This document shows positions 17,771 to 22,280 of a stretch of DNA of 22,280 nt, one piece after another. Positions within the stretch are counted from its first letter, which is position 1, and the number at the start of each line of letters is the position of its first letter. A program made the translations under genes and the position numbers. The notes under the pieces were generated by a model, which worked only from the letters and a program-made list of their open reading frames with translations, had not been told where the DNA came from and did not search any database. The DNA comes from Salpingoeca rosetta (taxonomy: Eukaryota; Protista; Choanoflagellata), in assembly GCA_033442325.1 (NCBI GenBank), contig JAWQFM010000004.1, forward strand, positions 2,186,837 through 2,209,116. Direction: 5' to 3'.

Positions 17771-20700
17771 ATGGATGAAGTGGATGTGCGGACAGCAGTT
17801 GGGGCGGCTTTGACGGCCGTGGTGGGGGTGTCTCTTCTGTGGCTGATGTTTCTGTTGGGGCGCAGAAAGTCGCGTGAGCAGTTCCAGCACATCACCACCA
17901 ACCACCCATCATCACTTCTTCTTGACAGTGTTGTGGCACTCACACAGACACAGAGCAGTGATGAGACTGTGGAAGAGGACGCGAGTGATGGTGAAGCAGT
18001 GCGGTGGAGGTGGTGGCAGCGGCAGGACAGCCAGCTGGACGTGATGGAGCAGTTGATGCAAGAGGCAGGCTTGCAACATCACATCAAGGAACTCCTTCGA
18101 TCTATCGCATGCGATGAACCTGCGAGAGATATAGAGTGTGTTGCAATGTGACTTGCCGGGTTTGCATCATCACCGTTGTGCACATGCAAGCAGTCCTGCA
18201 TGACATCTCCTGCAAGCGGTCCGATCACGTAATCAATGTTGTAGCTCGTCTCTGGCCTCTTCCGCACCTTGCACGTTTGAGAACTGACTGGTTGCACCAA
18301 ACGCCTATTTTGCAGGCTGGTCGGAACGACATTGGGAGCCAAAGGCACACAAAGCTTGGCAATTGCATTCGACAGGAGAAACAACAAAAACATCGAGGTT
18401 CTGAGGTGAGCACGCCCACAGGCGTGTTGTGAGTGTTGCGATTCCAAGATATTACGCTTGCGATGTGTTTCCTGGGCCATCTCCAGTGTGCAGTGTGTGG
18501 TTCGTGCCTGTAGTATTCATGTGCGCACACGCTTGCACGTCCGGACACGGACATGGGCACACACACACGGACACACATACGCACACACGCACGCACGGAC
18601 ACACACACGCACACACACACACACACACACACTTTCACACACACACACACACACACGCTCACAGACTCATATTAAAGAATACACTTCCCCGCACCACTCA
18701 CGCGTAGATTACCGTTCTGTGACACATAATATATATTAATTCATTCTTTCCTGTTCATTGGGTTCCGTTCGGGGCAGGGTGTATGATGAACACCGTATTA
18801 ACATAAGAATTTTATTTATTTTNNNNNNNNNNNNNNNNNNNNNNNNNNNNNNNNNNNNNNNNNNNNNNNNNNNNNNNNNNNNNNNNNNNNNNNNNNNNNN
18901 NNNNNNNNNNNNNNNNNNNNNNAGCTCAAGTTTCATCTCCGGAGCTAGACCCAACTCAGCCTACTAATTCTTGATAGAGCAAGAACATATTGCCAGCGAC
19001 CGCCATGCGCAGCACCAAATAACACCGTTTTTTTCTCCTCTGCAACACAATACTTCTTCTCCTGATAACCCCTCCTATTTTCATCTTATCCCGATTTACA
19101 GTATATCTATGGGTGCTGAGTGGCTCGGAGCGGCAAGTGGGGTTGGGTGAGTAACCGTTTTGAACTAAATGCACGGGAAGTCCTCTCGGGTGCCCATCCC
19201 CCAGTGTCCATCGTGCGGTCAAGTGTTCCTGTCTCATCCCCCTGCCCGCGTGTCTGCACGTCTTCGTGTGTGGGGCAGCGGGATGAGCACACCCACACGT
19301 ATATACACACACACACACGACCACCACACACACACACACGCACACACACGCACACACACACATACACACATACACACACACACACGGGCACTTGCGTTCC
19401 TGTCGTGTTCAGGTTGTACGATAACCTGATTGGATCTGAGGACTGCGTCATGTTGGCTGACGCCTTGCAAGGATACACCGATCTACGAGAGCTGCAGTCA
19501 GTCAATTGAGTACAGTGCATACGTCGCAGTCATCCCAAGTGTGATCATTGAGGGAACAAGGCACGCGACACGGTGGTGGGCTTTCTTGTTGGGGTTCATT
19601 CCTTACCACCGCCATTCTCCTTCTCACGCCTTCGTGTATATTGCCATTGGTGTCACTCTTTGCAGCATTGGGAACAACCCGATTGGAACTCAAGGCTGTC
19701 AAGCGTTGGCCACGGCTCTGCGTGACCACTCAGAACTGCAGGAGCTTCTGTGGGTTTCACCCGTGTGTCAAAATCATGCGTGGGTCATGCTTGTGATGTG
19801 CTCTCCCTGCTTCTCTGGCGCCCAACGTGTTGTTGCGGTGCATCACAAACTCCACCACAATCACCATGCAAGCGGCTCATCATAACTACATCTCGGCCGC
19901 CTCGCCTGCTTTTGTCTTGAATCCACGCGCATGTTCTCTCGACTTAGGCTGATCAACGTTGGCGTTCCTGCTGCCCACGCAGTTGGTGCAGGGTGGCCAG
20001 AAGCACGGGACGTCCAGTGGTACATGTGCGTTCACAGCTGTGGCGCTTCTTCATGCTCTGTCGTGTGTTGTACCTGCATTCCTCGCCCATATGCGGATGA
20101 ACTCAATTTTCTTTGGTCTGGGCTGGCACTTCTAGGTCGGAGGAACGAGAATTGACACGCGGCGTTGAACGGGAAAAGCAAGGTAAACCCTCACAAGTTG
20201 GTGTTGGTGTTTGTTTTGTTGAGCGGCCTTGTACACTGCTCTCATGAGCTCGTGACACGGTAAATACGTGAACGTCACTGTGTCCCCCTTGCGTGGGAAA
20301 GGAACTGGTCAGGCCCTGTCATAGTCTTCACGTGCAGACGAGGACGCACATCCGATCGCTGCCTACACGTTCTGTTTCAGCCCTGCCTGGGGTGACTTGT
20401 TTTAATCGCCTCGGAAACTGTGTGCCACTCAGCAAACCTGCTTCTTCACCGCTCTTGTTTCATGTGCGCTGCTTCAGGCGACCAGCTCGCAGAGCATGCA
20501 GATGCTATGAGCACGAAGGAAGAAACAATCACACAGCTCCGTGAGTGCCGATACATGCTGCGAATTGCCTGTGCCCTCTGAGTGATCTCGAGTTACTCTG
20601 TGGCACCGCTCACACGCCTGTGTTTCATGTGTGCTGCTTGGTTTGGAAGAACACCAAGTGCAGGAGCTGGGCACGAAGGACGAAACAATCAGGCGGCTCG

Positions 20701-22280
20701 GTGAGTGCCGATGCATGCTGCGAATTGCCTGTGCTCTCTGAGTGATCTCGAGTGACTCTGTGGCACCACTCACACGCCTGTGTTTCATCTGCATTGTTTC
20801 AGGCAACCAGCTCGCAGAACATGCAGATGCTATGAGCACGAAGGACGCAACAATCAGGCGGCTCAGTGAGTGCTGATACATGCTGCGAATTGCCTGTGCC
20901 CTCTGAGTGATCTCGAGTGACTCTGTGGCACCACTCACACGCCTGTGTTCTGTGTCTGCTTTGCTTCAGGCGACCAGCTCGCAGAACATGCAGATGCTAT
21001 GAGCACGAAGGACGCAACAATCACACAGCTCCGTGAGTGCTGATACATGCTGCAAATTGCCTGTTCGCTCTGAGTGATCTCGAGTGACTCTGTGACATCA
21101 CTCACATGCCTGTGTTCTAAGTCTGCTTGGTTTGGGAAGAACACCAAGTGTGGGAGAGCACGGAATAGCTTGCGCGAGCAACAGGTGCTTTTTTTTCATC
21201 TCCTCTGCCGACATATTTGCCTGCCTGTGTTGTCCTTGTTCACAATTCTCTCACGCCTGGCTGTGTTTCCCTTCTTTTCGTAGAGTCCCTCTTCAATCTC
21301 GACCTGAATCCAGCCCGCTTCGAGGAGAAGAAACGCGCAAAAGACCACGAAGGCAAGCCCATCAAGGGCGCATTTGGCAAGCTGTATCGCAGCACGTTTG
21401 CTGGGCACGACGTGGCGCTGAAGGAAGTTGACGATGTTGAAGAACGACCACGACTGCAGCACCTGCTGGAAGCAATGAGCGACACAGCAACTTCAACATC
21501 AACAGCGGCACAGTCGCGTGTACCTGACAAGCGTGTGCTGAGAGAGGTGGCCGTCCTTGCCTCACTTCGCCATCCAAACATCGTGCCTTTTCTCGGGCTG
21601 TGTCATGACAGCGATCGCAGCACGCTTGCCTTCGTGCTGAGCTGGGCAGAGAACGGGTCCCTGTACGACTACATCCACGTACACAAGAAACACATCAGCA
21701 ACGTCGAGAAGCTGCGCATCTTGAGCGAGGTGGCGGCTGCGATGGAGTTCCTGCACGCCCACGACGTCGTGCACCGCGACCTCAAGTCGCCCAACGTGCT
21801 GCTGGACGCATCGCTCTCCGCCAAGGTGGCGGATTTCGGCCTGAGCGCGTTCGTGCCAGAGAATGCGTCTGTGGTGTCGAAGGTGGTCGGCACACCGCTG
21901 TGGGCATCACCGGAGCAGCTTCTTGGATACGACATTCGTGCAGACACAGACGTGTTCTCATTTGGCTGCATTATGTGGGAGGTGTGGTTGAACACCAAAC
22001 CCTGGCACCACGGGGAGTACAGCGGGGAACGCATCTCCGGACGAACGCTTGGCGACAAGTACAAGGCTCATGAATATCTACCGCTTGATGTTGAGGAGGG
22101 GCGGAAAATGGAAGGCGCATTTAAGGCGCTGCTCCGTGGGTGCTTCCAGTCGAGCGGCAATCGTGTTGGGTTCTGTCAGTTGCACACGGCCCTGAAGGCG
22201 CAACACGACGCTGGCGACCGGCTTTCTCAAATTGGCGAGAAGAAACAGCAGGAGCTGCTTCACGGACCACCAGATGCGGT
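17771..22280 (+). CDS. Membrane-anchored LRR / coiled-coil / TKL-group protein kinase, multi-exon, 3' end beyond window
   Basis: Proposed exons: 17771-18147 (TM AVGAALTAVVGVSLLWLMFLL then GRRK); 18316-18405, 19413-19496, 19666-19749 (RI-type LRRs, the last two exactly 84 nt, phase 2-2); 19948-20019; 20136-20182; repeat exons 20478-20540, 20650-20700, 20803-20865, 20970-21032; [21140-21184 contains TAG]; 21284 to end. All phases are compatible. More exons may be hidden in the gap at 18823-18922. Confidence 0.8.
20456..21184 (+). repeat. Tandem array of ~150-170-bp exon+intron units (four full units plus a fifth exon)
   Basis: Four near-identical introns (gtgagtgc.gat.catgctgc.aattgcctgt...gagtgatctcgagt.actctgtg...cac.cctgtgtt). 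Exons of 63, 51, 63, 63 and 45 nt. Confidence 0.92.
21284..22280 (+). CDS. TKL-type protein kinase domain exon (not in the supplied ORF track because it runs off the window)
   Basis: Stop-free frame: KGAFGKLY, VALKEV, REVAVLASLRHPNIV, HRDLKSPNVLL, KVADFG, GTPLWASPE, DVFSFG. HRDLKxxN with GTxxW is the TKL signature, not the tyrosine-kinase HRDLAARN. Confidence 0.95.

Noticed and set aside
20701-20775. Complementarity between the donor GTGAGTG and downstream CACTCAC in the repeated introns
   Set aside because: A CTCAC branch-point-like motif is inherently complementary to GTGAG, and its recurrence is explained by the duplication.
20456-21184. CRISPR-like repeat-spacer array
   Set aside because: Units are ~150-170 bp, the variable parts are homologous to each other and bounded by AG/GT, and the context is eukaryotic with no cas genes.

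Overview
Eukaryotic genomic DNA with short GT-AG introns full of (CA/TG)n microsatellites and three N-gaps (4576-4675, 14140-14670, 18823-18922). The style fits a choanoflagellate such as Salpingoeca rosetta (inference only). Left to right: (1) an intron-rich, bacterial-type fused NAD(P)HX epimerase/dehydratase gene (nnr/yjeF, minus strand, 12 exons visible, 3' end off the left edge); (2) head-to-head with it, a heavily frameshifted PARP14-like pseudogene (RRM-like, macrodomain, WWE-like, start of the ADP-ribosyltransferase domain) cut off exactly at an LTR; (3) two near-identical 392-bp TG...CA LTRs (9027-9418, 13612-14003), the second a solo LTR with an AGCGG target-site duplication, the first with mismatched flanks; (4) between them, a microsatellite-poor island with a divergent pair of intact genes: a two-exon ~389-aa orphan and an intronless EEP-family nuclease/phosphatase with two Cys/His motifs; (5) a degenerate low-complexity minus-strand gene; (6) a TM-LRR-coiled-coil-TKL kinase gene whose stalk is encoded by a tandem array of symmetric exon+intron units, one carrying an in-frame stop. 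All calls come from manual translation and motif recognition; no database search was run.
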